Source: Promethearchaeota archaeon (lineage in GTDB: Archaea > Asgardarchaeota > Lokiarchaeia > Sigyniarchaeales > SOKP01). Taken from it: a DNA stretch of 22,138 bases. Positions within the stretch are counted from its first letter, which is position 1. The number at the start of each line of letters is the position of its first letter. Under the pieces are notes generated by a model that saw only the letters and a list, made by a program, of their open reading frames with translations, did no database searches and was not told where the DNA came from. Made by a program: the position numbers and the translations under genes. The stretch covers positions 1 to 22,138 of the forward strand of contig JAHPZE010000048.1 of the NCBI GenBank assembly GCA_019058365.1, written 5' to 3'. This document shows, piece by piece, positions 8,190-16,865 of the stretch.

Positions 8190-9983
8190 ATGAGTTTCGA
8201 AGTAAAAAAGTATAGTAGTTATAAACATTGGTTTTTATACCATCTTTATAAGCAAAAATATATGGTAATTTCAGTAATATTAGGGATAATTATCCTTACA
8301 TTGACGAGAACACTAATTCCTGTTGTCCTTGGGAATATTATTGATAATTTACTTATAGCTAAAGATGAAACCTATTTAATACTAATGGCATCAATAGGCT
8401 TTTTTCTTTATATTTTACGTAATGCTACGGATTATGGGACTATGATGGCAGGACATAATCTTGGTTTGAAAACTGAGCAAAATATGAGGAAAGAGTTTTT
8501 TGACGCAATTCAATTAAAACCTTTACAATATTATGATAATGCTCGAACAGGAGATTTACAAGCTTTAGCAACTAATGATTTACGTGTAATTAATACTATG
8601 GTTTCCCACGGGAGTTTTTATATTTATCCTTTCTTTCAAGTTGGAATAACTATAATCTTGTTGATTGCGTTTCTTGATATTAGATTAGCTTTAATCTGTA
8701 TTCCTTTTATAATTTTATATATATATTTTATTTTATATTATCGTAAAAAAATTTCCCCATATGCATCAGCACGATTGAGGAAGCACTCCAATCTGGCGGT
8801 TGTTTTACAAGATAGTATTACTGGTGCTGCAGTTGTTAGATCCTTTACAGCAGAAAAAATGGAACGTGAAAAATTCAGTCGAGTAGTATATGCTTTCAGA
8901 GATAATTGGATTGGAGAAACTAAAGTTCAATCTAAATATTATCCTATGTTAATACTATATATTACAATTGGAATAACATTTTTAATAAGTTGTTTATTCG
9001 TTTTTCAAAACACATTATCTATTGGGGACTTGGCAGCAATAAATTTACTTTTGATAACACTTATAGATCCTACTAATACTATATTTTGGGCTACAAATGA
9101 TATGATGAGTGGTTTTGCTGCATGTTCACGTTTATATATTGCCCTTTCAAGAGAAGAAAGTGAACATACTAATGATAAACATATTGAATGGTCTAATGAT
9201 TTCAAAGGTAAAATTGAATTTAAAAATGTTTCATTTGCTTATACAAATGAAAACGAAAAAAATCCCCCTATTCTTAAAAATTTAACCTTCACAATTGAAC
9301 CTTATCAAAGAGTTGCTCTTGTAGGTCCAACGGGTTGTGGAAAGACAACTCTTGTTAAGTTACTCCTACGTCTTTACGATCCACAGAATGGAAAAATACT
9401 AATAAATGGTGTAGACATCCAAGATTACCCCCTTCAAGTATTAAGAAAACATATAGGTTATATAGAGCAAGATATCTATTTATTTTCACGAACAATAAAT
9501 GAAAACATTGCTTTTGGAAAACAAAATGCATTACAAAAAGATATAATTGAAGTAGCAAAACTCGCCCAAGTTGATGATTTTGTACAAAAATTTCCTAAGA
9601 AATATAAAACTGTTGTTGGGGAGAGAGGAACACGCCTCTCTGGCGGAGAAAAACAAAGAGTAGCAATTGCTCGAGCCTTTTTGACTGATCCTGAAATAAT
9701 TATACTTGATGATTCTGTTTCTGCTGTAGATAGCGAAACAGAGGAAAAAATTGGTACTGCGATGGAAAATATTTTGAAGAATAGAACAACATTAATAATC
9801 ACTCATCGATTACACACTATTAGGACTTCTGATAAGATAATAGTGCTTAAACATGGAAAAATTGTAGCAGAAGGTAACCATAATAATTTACTACAAAGCT
9901 CAGAAGATTATAGACGTATTTTTGGAAAACATTTGCTTTTACCGGAATTAACGATCAAGAAAACGTATGAGGTAGAAAAGTAA
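8190..9983 (+). CDS. ABC exporter TMD-NBD half-transporter (type IV), subunit with degenerate Walker B
   Basis: N-terminal hydrophobic helices; Walker A GPTGCGKT, signature LSGGEKQR, Walker B IIILDD (Asp instead of catalytic Glu), H-loop ITHRL. Confidence 0.93.
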   Translation: MSFEVKKYSSYKHWFLYHLYKQKYMVISVILGIIILTLTRTLIPVVLGNIIDNLLIAKDETYLILMASIGFFLYILRNATDYGTMMAGHNLGLKTEQNMRKEFFDAIQLKPLQYYDNARTGDLQALATNDLRVINTMVSHGSFYIYPFFQVGITIILLIAFLDIRLALICIPFIILYIYFILYYRKKISPYASARLRKHSNLAVVLQDSITGAAVVRSFTAEKMEREKFSRVVYAFRDNWIGETKVQSKYYPMLILYITIGITFLISCLFVFQNTLSIGDLAAINLLLITLIDPTNTIFWATNDMMSGFAACSRLYIALSREESEHTNDKHIEWSNDFKGKIEFKNVSFAYTNENEKNPPILKNLTFTIEPYQRVALVGPTGCGKTTLVKLLLRLYDPQNGKILINGVDIQDYPLQVLRKHIGYIEQDIYLFSRTINENIAFGKQNALQKDIIEVAKLAQVDDFVQKFPKKYKTVVGERGTRLSGGEKQRVAIARAFLTDPEIIILDDSVSAVDSETEEKIGTAMENILKNRTTLIITHRLHTIRTSDKIIVLKHGKIVAEGNHNNLLQSSEDYRRIFGKHLLLPELTIKKTYEVEK

Positions 9984-11816
9984 ATGGGTATCTATTCTGG
10001 AACATTAAGTGAACAAACTGTAAGAAAGTATTCGGACCGAGAGCTATTTATTCGTTATATAAAACTTATGGCTCCATTCAAAAGAAATATACTACTTATT
10101 TCTTTATTTGTTTTAATATCATCGATAGCCGAAATTATAAATCCTCTTTTAGTGGGATTTACTGTTGATGAATTGACCAGACTAAATCCAAATATATTAC
10201 TAGCATTCGGGGCAGGATTGGTGTACCTTATTTTATCTATAATCATATGGATAATGTTTTACTTCCAAAGAAGGGAAATTGGTAAATTTGCTCCATTTTT
10301 TCTTGATAAACTCCGAATGGATATTTTTGATAAATTACAAGAGCAAGATATGAGTTTTTTTGATAAATATGAAAGTGGCAGATTAAATTCAAGAGTTTCA
10401 AATGATGCATTGGACTTTGGCAACACAACAATCTTAATAACTGATACAGTGGGTAATTTTCTGATAAGTATTTTGACTTTTGGAATTCTTATTTGGTTAA
10501 ATCTAACACTAGCTCTAATTACATTAGCTTCTGTTCCAATTATTATAGTACTGATGTTTTCTTTAAGAAGATTAGCTCGGATTGTAAGTAGGGCTTATAG
10601 GAGATCAATAGGGAATATCAATGCTGCTATGGTAGAATCAATTGAAGGTATACACGTCTGCAAAAGTTATGGTCAAGAAGCTATAGTTTCTGAGCAGTTT
10701 AATGAGAAAAATACAGAATATTTTAAAACGGGATTTAAATTAACAGCAACAACTCATATGTGGAGACCATTACTCGAGACCGTAGCAGGAATTACTTTAA
10801 TAATTATAGTATATTTTGGTGGTCAATTTGTGTTCCAGGGAATAACAAATCCGGGAACGATCTTTATGTTCATCCTATATCTTCAGAGATTTTTCCGCCC
10901 GATTATGGTAGTTGCTCTTTTTTTTCCTCAACTAAGTGCTGGTATGGCTGCATATGAACGTATACTAGATATTCTTGATTCAGAGCCTAAAATGAAGCAA
11001 AATACACAAACCGTTAAATTAGATAAAATAGAAGGAGAAATTGTCTTTGAAAATGTGGACTTTTATTATAGAGAAAATGAATGGGTATTTAAAGGGTTAA
11101 ACCTAAGAATAGAAAAAGGAGAGAAACTTGCTATTGTGGGTCATACCGGAGCGGGAAAATCAAGTTTAGTAAATCTTCTATCACGTTATTATGAATTTCA
11201 AGGAGGTTCTATTAAAATTGATGGAAATGATATTAGGGATATAAAATTGGATTCCTATAGGAAAAATCTTGGGATAGTTCAACAAGACGTGTTTTTATTT
11301 TCTGGTACAATAGAAGAAAATATCCGTTATGGTAGAAGAGATGCTCCAGAAGAAGATCTTTGGGATGCTATTAAAGCAGTCCATGCTGAAGAACTCATTG
11401 AATACTTACAAGACGGTTTACAAACTCAAATAGGAGAAAGGGGTAGAGGCCTTTCTGCAGGACAAAAACAACTCATTAGTTTTGCTCGAGCACTCTTGAT
11501 GGATCCAAAGATCCTTATCCTTGATGAAGCTACTTCAAGTGTAGATGCGTATACAGAAGCAATAATTCAAGAAGCTCTTGATGTACTATTAGCTGAACAA
11601 ACTTCTATAATAATTGCACATCGATTATCAACTATTTTAAATGCAGATCGTATAATTGTTCTGGAGAAAGGAAAAATCATAGAAGAAGGCACTCATGGAT
11701 CCCTACTCGCTACTGGAGGTAAATATGGGCAGTTGTATAAACAATATTTTGAACATCAAAGTTTGGATTGGCAACCCGAACATGCTGCTCAATCTGCTGG
11801 GACCTCTAAAGAATAA
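9984..11816 (+). CDS. ABC exporter TMD-NBD half-transporter (type IV), partner subunit
   Basis: Walker A GHTGAGKS, signature LSAGQKQL, Walker B ILILDEATSSVD, AHRL. ATG directly follows the TAA of the upstream gene. Confidence 0.93.
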   Translation: MGIYSGTLSEQTVRKYSDRELFIRYIKLMAPFKRNILLISLFVLISSIAEIINPLLVGFTVDELTRLNPNILLAFGAGLVYLILSIIIWIMFYFQRREIGKFAPFFLDKLRMDIFDKLQEQDMSFFDKYESGRLNSRVSNDALDFGNTTILITDTVGNFLISILTFGILIWLNLTLALITLASVPIIIVLMFSLRRLARIVSRAYRRSIGNINAAMVESIEGIHVCKSYGQEAIVSEQFNEKNTEYFKTGFKLTATTHMWRPLLETVAGITLIIIVYFGGQFVFQGITNPGTIFMFILYLQRFFRPIMVVALFFPQLSAGMAAYERILDILDSEPKMKQNTQTVKLDKIEGEIVFENVDFYYRENEWVFKGLNLRIEKGEKLAIVGHTGAGKSSLVNLLSRYYEFQGGSIKIDGNDIRDIKLDSYRKNLGIVQQDVFLFSGTIEENIRYGRRDAPEEDLWDAIKAVHAEELIEYLQDGLQTQIGERGRGLSAGQKQLISFARALLMDPKILILDEATSSVDAYTEAIIQEALDVLLAEQTSIIIAHRLSTILNADRIIVLEKGKIIEEGTHGSLLATGGKYGQLYKQYFEHQSLDWQPEHAAQSAGTSKE

Positions 11817-11911
11817 TCATTGTTTTTAATTTCCTATAACTATAATATTTATCTTGGAATTGAACTCAATCTTTCAATTTTTTATAACTGATTAGAAAAA
11901 AGAGAAAATAA

Positions 11912-12283
11912 TTATTTTGTTTTTAATATAATTGTTATTGCTCTTGTTAGGCGTATGACATCCATAACTTTTCCTTTTTCAACCATTATTTGCTCTCTTG
12001 AAATTGCATGAGTAAAATCTCCTTTACCTTCGCAAATTCTCACGAGTGCTGCGGGATCTCCAGACATTACTATATTAATTCCAGATTTAGTACCTTTAGC
12101 CAGTGTTACTTTTCGATTCTTGATTTCTAAAAAGAAAGGATCTTCATTTTCAAGATTAAATTGAAAATACATTTCCCAATCAACATTTTTTCCCGCAATA
12201 TTTGTTACAAATACGTCTTGAGCTTTTGGATTAGTGTTTAGTTTCTCTACAATTTTATTTAAATTTTCATATGCAATTCCCAT
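11912..12283 (-). CDS. SCP2 sterol/lipid-binding domain protein (start revised to ATG 12283; track gives 12322)
   Basis: 123 aa with an SCP2-like pattern (FQFNL...FFLEIKNRKVTLAKG...INIVMSGDPAALVRICEGK...AI...IMVEKG). The ATG lies 2 nt after the upstream stop and is preceded by GGAGGG. Confidence 0.78.
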   Translation of the reverse strand: MGIAYENLNKIVEKLNTNPKAQDVFVTNIAGKNVDWEMYFQFNLENEDPFFLEIKNRKVTLAKGTKSGINIVMSGDPAALVRICEGKGDFTHAISREQIMVEKGKVMDVIRLTRAITIILKTK

Positions 12284-12285
12284 TA

Positions 12286-12780
12286 TTATTTCCCTCCTTC
12301 GTATTCTGGTTTTGATATCCAATTTTCATATTCATCCTCAGGGACAAAGAAAAAGTCAGTCATTTTACCTTCTCTTTCTTTGTTAAAAACGGCTTTAACT
12401 TTTTTCCCCTTTTTAATTTTTGAAGGAACTAAATTCTCAGAGAATATACCTTGAAGTAAGGCGGTTTCTGCACCATCAAGTTTAATAAATCCTATTCCAT
12501 ATGGTATTGCTTTAATAAAAGCTGAAGTGGTATACCACACTATCGTGCTAACCTCTATGGTTCCGGTTTGTTTGAGTTCCACCCAATCTGCTGGGGCATA
12601 ACAATCAGAGCAATTAATCCTAGGAGGCATCCATGTTTTTCCACATTTAGCACATTTCGTCCCTAATAACTTTTTATTATTCAATAACTCAATAAAAAAT
12701 TTAGACTGTCCTCCCATTGTATATTTATAATTAATCCTTAATACGTCTCTTATTTGATGATCCTGAAATTCTTCATTCAT
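12286..12780 (-). CDS. DUF35-family Zn-ribbon/OB-fold protein
   Basis: CAKC-x10-CSDC (TWMPPRINC), PYGIGFIKLDGAET, IKKGKKVKAVF. Confidence 0.9.
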   Translation of the reverse strand: MNEEFQDHQIRDVLRINYKYTMGGQSKFFIELLNNKKLLGTKCAKCGKTWMPPRINCSDCYAPADWVELKQTGTIEVSTIVWYTTSAFIKAIPYGIGFIKLDGAETALLQGIFSENLVPSKIKKGKKVKAVFNKEREGKMTDFFFVPEDEYENWISKPEYEGGK

Positions 12781-12782
12781 GA

Positions 12783-14033
12783 TTATTTCATCCCCTCCTC
12801 ATTTGCCATTACGATAATAGCAGCATATGCTGCTCCAGGCCCTCCTATAGAATGTGAAATGGCTCGACCTTTTTCAATAGATACTTGGTGCTTACCTGCT
12901 TCTCCCCTTAATTGAAATGCAGCTTCTCCAGTACTCATAATTCCTGTGGCCCCAACAGCATGTCCACATCCAATTAAACCCCCTGATGGGCAACATGGAA
13001 GTTCTCCATCTAACCAAGGCCCTTCTCCTTGTTTTTCAAAAGTTTTTTCAATCCACGGACCACCCTCCCCAAACGGAACAAACCCAAGTTCTTCATAACT
13101 AATGACTTCCTGTCCACTAAATGCATCATGTAATTCTGCCAAGTCTATTTGGTTTTTTATTTTATTATAATCTAGTCCCGCCATTTTATAGGCAGCTTTT
13201 GCCGCATATATATTTGAATAAAGTCTCCCCATATCTTCTCTATTTCCTATAAAACAATCAGTATTTGCTGCTGCTACCCCAGTAATCCAAATTGGTTTTT
13301 CAATCTTTAATTCTCTCACTTTTTCTTCACTTGCGAGAATTATTGCTGCAGAAGCTTCTGAATATAAACAACAATCTAACATTTTGAATGGATAACAGAT
13401 TATTCTTGAATTCATGACATCTTCAACACTTATATTCATTGGAGATTGTGCTTTAGGATTGTTTATCGCATTTCCATGATTTTTAACGCTTACATAGGCC
13501 ATTTGTTCTTCAGTAGGATTGCCAAATTCTTCATAATGGGCATTTACCATAGATACATACGAACTAGCTGCCATCATACCCATAGGATATTCATAGGTCA
13601 TATCGGCTGAATAAGCTATAGCATTAAGAACTTCTGGTGTAGTAGTTCCCGTTTGTTCATCATAACAATCATTACATTTTTCCAGTCCTATGCAAAGACA
13701 TAGATCTGAAAGGCCTGAGGCAACTTCAGCATAAGCCATTCGAACAGTATATCCACCTGTAGCTCCTCCTGTTGCAATTCTAGTTCCTGGTTTATTATTC
13801 ATGCCTAAGTAACTATTAGTAAAAATATCCGGCATAAATTGACGTTCAAAAAGTTCATTGTAAATGCCATATACTGTGGATTGAAGGTCTTTATGAGTTA
13901 TTTCTGCCCCATTCTTATTGGCATCTTCTAGAGCTAACTTAGTGCCATCATAAGCTAATTCAAAATAAGTTTTATCCAAATATCTTGCTTTAAAAGGAGT
14001 TATCCCTATTCCTATAATCGCAACTTTTTTCAA
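12783..14033 (-). CDS. Thiolase-fold (SCP-x type) protein lacking the nucleophilic Cys
   Basis: KVAIIGIG, RIATGGATGG, VKNHGNA..NPKAQ, ELHDAF, PSGGLIGCGHAVGATG and HSIGG; TTG start. Confidence 0.88.
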   Translation of the reverse strand: MKKVAIIGIGITPFKARYLDKTYFELAYDGTKLALEDANKNGAEITHKDLQSTVYGIYNELFERQFMPDIFTNSYLGMNNKPGTRIATGGATGGYTVRMAYAEVASGLSDLCLCIGLEKCNDCYDEQTGTTTPEVLNAIAYSADMTYEYPMGMMAASSYVSMVNAHYEEFGNPTEEQMAYVSVKNHGNAINNPKAQSPMNISVEDVMNSRIICYPFKMLDCCLYSEASAAIILASEEKVRELKIEKPIWITGVAAANTDCFIGNREDMGRLYSNIYAAKAAYKMAGLDYNKIKNQIDLAELHDAFSGQEVISYEELGFVPFGEGGPWIEKTFEKQGEGPWLDGELPCCPSGGLIGCGHAVGATGIMSTGEAAFQLRGEAGKHQVSIEKGRAISHSIGGPGAAYAAIIVMANEEGMK

Positions 14034-14181
14034 TATTTTCCACTTTTGTGATTTTCTTTTTATTATTTTTATAGATTAATTAGTGATTGGTTTTTCTTTT
14101 ATTTAATTTTTAAAGTAAAGAAAATTAGAAAAATAAATTAATAATACATTAAATATAATAAAAAATGAATTATTTGAAAAA

Positions 14182-15555
14182 ATGAAACTCATTCAATTTC
14201 CAAAGGGATTTATTTGGGGTGCGGCAACCTCAAGTTATCAAATTGAAGGAGCATGGAACGAAGATGGAAAGGGAGAAAGTGTATGGGATGTTTTTAGTCA
14301 TACACCAAGTAAAATAAAAAATGGAGATACTGGTGACGTTGCTTGTGATCATTATCATCGGTATAAAGAAGATGTTCAATTAATGAAAGAAATTGGACTT
14401 AAAGCTTACAGATTTTCTATATCATGGCCTCGTATTTTCCCTAATGGCAAAGGAAAAGTCAATCCAAAAGGTGTTGCGTTCTATGACAATTTAATAAATG
14501 AGCTAAAAGAAAATCAGATTGAGCCATTTATCACATTATATCATTGGGATTTGCCTTTTGAACTTAATAAAATTGGAGCATGGGATAATCGTAAGGTGGT
14601 AGAAGCTTATGTTGAATATGCAAAATTCATATTTAATCACTTTGGAGATCGTGTAAAGTTTTGGATTACTTTTAATGAACCTTTAGTCTTTATTATTTAT
14701 TTCTATTTTCTTGGGTTATATGGTAAAAAGGAGATCTCAAAAACATTGTATGCAACTCATCTAGTTAATATAGCAAATGCAAAAGCTATAGAGACTTATC
14801 GTTCATCAGAATATGCCGACGGAAAAATTGGTATTACACTTAATCTGGATCCTGTATATCCCAAAAAAGATACAACATTAGATGAAAAAGCTGTCAAAAT
14901 TGTTGATGGATTTAATAATCGTTGGTTTTTAGATCCAATCTTTCAGTCAGAATACCCCATTGATATATTATCTATACTCCAAAAAAATTATAATTTTCCT
15001 TCAATACCAAAACAAGATTTGGATATATTAAATCAAAATCATATAGATTTTTTAGGAATAAATAATTACTCAGCCACTCGTATAGGAATTAGGAAAGAAG
15101 AAGAATTAAACAATCCATTTAAGCTTCTATTACCGAAAAAAGCTGAGAAGAGGACAGAGGTTTCAGAGATGGGATGGGAAGTCTATCCTGATGGTTTTTA
15201 TGATCTTCTAAGGCGAGTGGATAAAGATTATAATCACCCTCTTATTTACATTACTGAAAATGGTATGGCATGTAGAGATGATCAAATTACTAATAATATT
15301 ATTCAAGATGATGATCGCTTGAGTTATTTAAAAAGATATTTTGCTGCTGCAAATAAAGCAATGAAAGAAGGTGTAAATTTAAAAGGTTATTTCGTTTGGT
15401 CCTTGATGGATAATTTCGAATGGATAGAGGGATATTCTAAACGCTTTGGTTTAATCTATGTTAATTTTGATTCCCAGGAGAGATTATGGAAGAAAAGTGC
15501 TTTCTGGTATCGTGATGTTATTAAAAACAATAGTTATGAATTAAGTACTATTTAA
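14182..15555 (+). CDS. Glycoside hydrolase family 1 beta-glucosidase/beta-glycosidase
   Basis: FIWGAATSSYQIEGA, ACDHYHRYKED, YRFSISWPR, TLYHWDLP, acid/base TFNEP, nucleophile ITENG and DNFEW. No obvious signal peptide. Confidence 0.95.
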   Translation: MKLIQFPKGFIWGAATSSYQIEGAWNEDGKGESVWDVFSHTPSKIKNGDTGDVACDHYHRYKEDVQLMKEIGLKAYRFSISWPRIFPNGKGKVNPKGVAFYDNLINELKENQIEPFITLYHWDLPFELNKIGAWDNRKVVEAYVEYAKFIFNHFGDRVKFWITFNEPLVFIIYFYFLGLYGKKEISKTLYATHLVNIANAKAIETYRSSEYADGKIGITLNLDPVYPKKDTTLDEKAVKIVDGFNNRWFLDPIFQSEYPIDILSILQKNYNFPSIPKQDLDILNQNHIDFLGINNYSATRIGIRKEEELNNPFKLLLPKKAEKRTEVSEMGWEVYPDGFYDLLRRVDKDYNHPLIYITENGMACRDDQITNNIIQDDDRLSYLKRYFAAANKAMKEGVNLKGYFVWSLMDNFEWIEGYSKRFGLIYVNFDSQERLWKKSAFWYRDVIKNNSYELSTI

Positions 15556-15669
15556 GATACTTCTATTTAATTTTATTTTTTAAAAATAAGGTTGCTCTAA
15601 AATTAATTCTAATTTAAAATAAAGAATAAGGATAGTTGTGTTAGTTTCAAAAATCTAAAATTTTTTAAA

Positions 15670-16743
15670 TTAGGTTTTGTTTTCTATGATTTTTAACCTA
15701 CTTTTAGCTCCAATCTTATTAAATTCACTAGGATTGATTTCAATATCTTTCCCTGTCAATGCATTTACAATTGTTGCTGTCAATATTCCCCAAGGACATA
15801 TGGAATTAATCAATTCTTCTGATTTCATGTAAGAACGAACTATAGCTGTAGAACAATTAATAGATTCCACGGTGAATTCATTTTCCGAAATCCAATCTAA
15901 TTTTAGATTTTCAGCCATACCTATTTCAGTAAACTTTTTCATTGCTATCTCAAGCGCTTCATTTAGGTTATATTTCTTTAATTCATCTAGATCGAGTCCA
16001 ATTTGCTTAGAATATCTTTCCAAAAATTCATATGTTTTAGGAAAAACGTATTTATATAGAACAGGTGTTCCAACCAATTCCTTTGCACTTCCTTCATAAC
16101 CAAACGTTATACCATGTAATATCATAGCAACTCCATGAAGATTTGCTCTTTTTGTTAAATCTCCATAATTCTTGAACTTATAAGCTTTAACTACTGCTAG
16201 TAAACATAAACCTATGAATATTGATATGATTAACGAAATTAAATAATTGGGAATTAACAATGGTAAAGGAATGCCAACTGATGGATTAACAAAAATATAG
16301 AAATCAATATTACTAGTAAAGTACGCTAAAGCCCACCCAGTAAATCCTATTGGTCCAATTATTTTTCCATATTCATATATAATGTCTTTTTTATATCTAG
16401 CAATTACAAATTTAATAGTAAATAAACTAAATGCTATAACTCCTCCTAGAAAAGTGTGCCAAAATATTGTAGTAATAAAAAACTCACTAAATCCACTTGG
16501 ATTTAACCTTGGTATAACTGCAAAATAAATACAAAGTGCTGACAATAAGGAAAAAATAATTGCAGCAGTCCATCCAAATCTTTTATGTGCTCTAATTTCT
16601 AACAATGTTAATTCTTTTAAGTTTCTAATGTGAGATAGTCCTATAAAAAAATTAGCTATAGCCAGTCCAAATCCCACTGTCGAGATATACAGCATGAAAT
16701 GATTTAAAAATATCATTTGTTCAAATGTCATTTGCAATATCAT
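15670..16743 (-). CDS. Membrane protein (about 5 TM, conserved-looking His) fused to a C-terminal V4R/H-NOX-like small-molecule-binding domain
   Basis: Hydrophobic helices carrying AHKRFGW and WHTFLGG; soluble C-terminal half with FTVESINCST...SICPWGILTATIVNALTG, a V4R-like pattern. Domain calls are by eye. Confidence 0.6.
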   Translation of the reverse strand: MILQMTFEQMIFLNHFMLYISTVGFGLAIANFFIGLSHIRNLKELTLLEIRAHKRFGWTAAIIFSLLSALCIYFAVIPRLNPSGFSEFFITTIFWHTFLGGVIAFSLFTIKFVIARYKKDIIYEYGKIIGPIGFTGWALAYFTSNIDFYIFVNPSVGIPLPLLIPNYLISLIISIFIGLCLLAVVKAYKFKNYGDLTKRANLHGVAMILHGITFGYEGSAKELVGTPVLYKYVFPKTYEFLERYSKQIGLDLDELKKYNLNEALEIAMKKFTEIGMAENLKLDWISENEFTVESINCSTAIVRSYMKSEELINSICPWGILTATIVNALTGKDIEINPSEFNKIGAKSRLKIIENKT

Positions 16744-16865
16744 ATTACAATGCCACGTTATAAATTTTTGAAATTAATATCTTAAATTATTTAATTATAT
16801 TTTAAGAATATTCTCTATTATACTATTATTATATTTAAAACTAATGCTTAAAAAATAAAGTCTTA

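Noticed and set aside
12284-12322. N-terminal extension of the SCP2 ORF (MDIKTRIRRREII)
   Set aside because: It overlaps the DUF35 gene; the ATG at 12283 with GGAGGG upstream fits translational coupling better.
3505-14033. Archaeal mevalonate-pathway thiolase/DUF35/HMG-CoA synthase complex
   Set aside because: There is no HMG-CoA synthase in the window, and all three thiolase-fold proteins lack the nucleophilic Cys.
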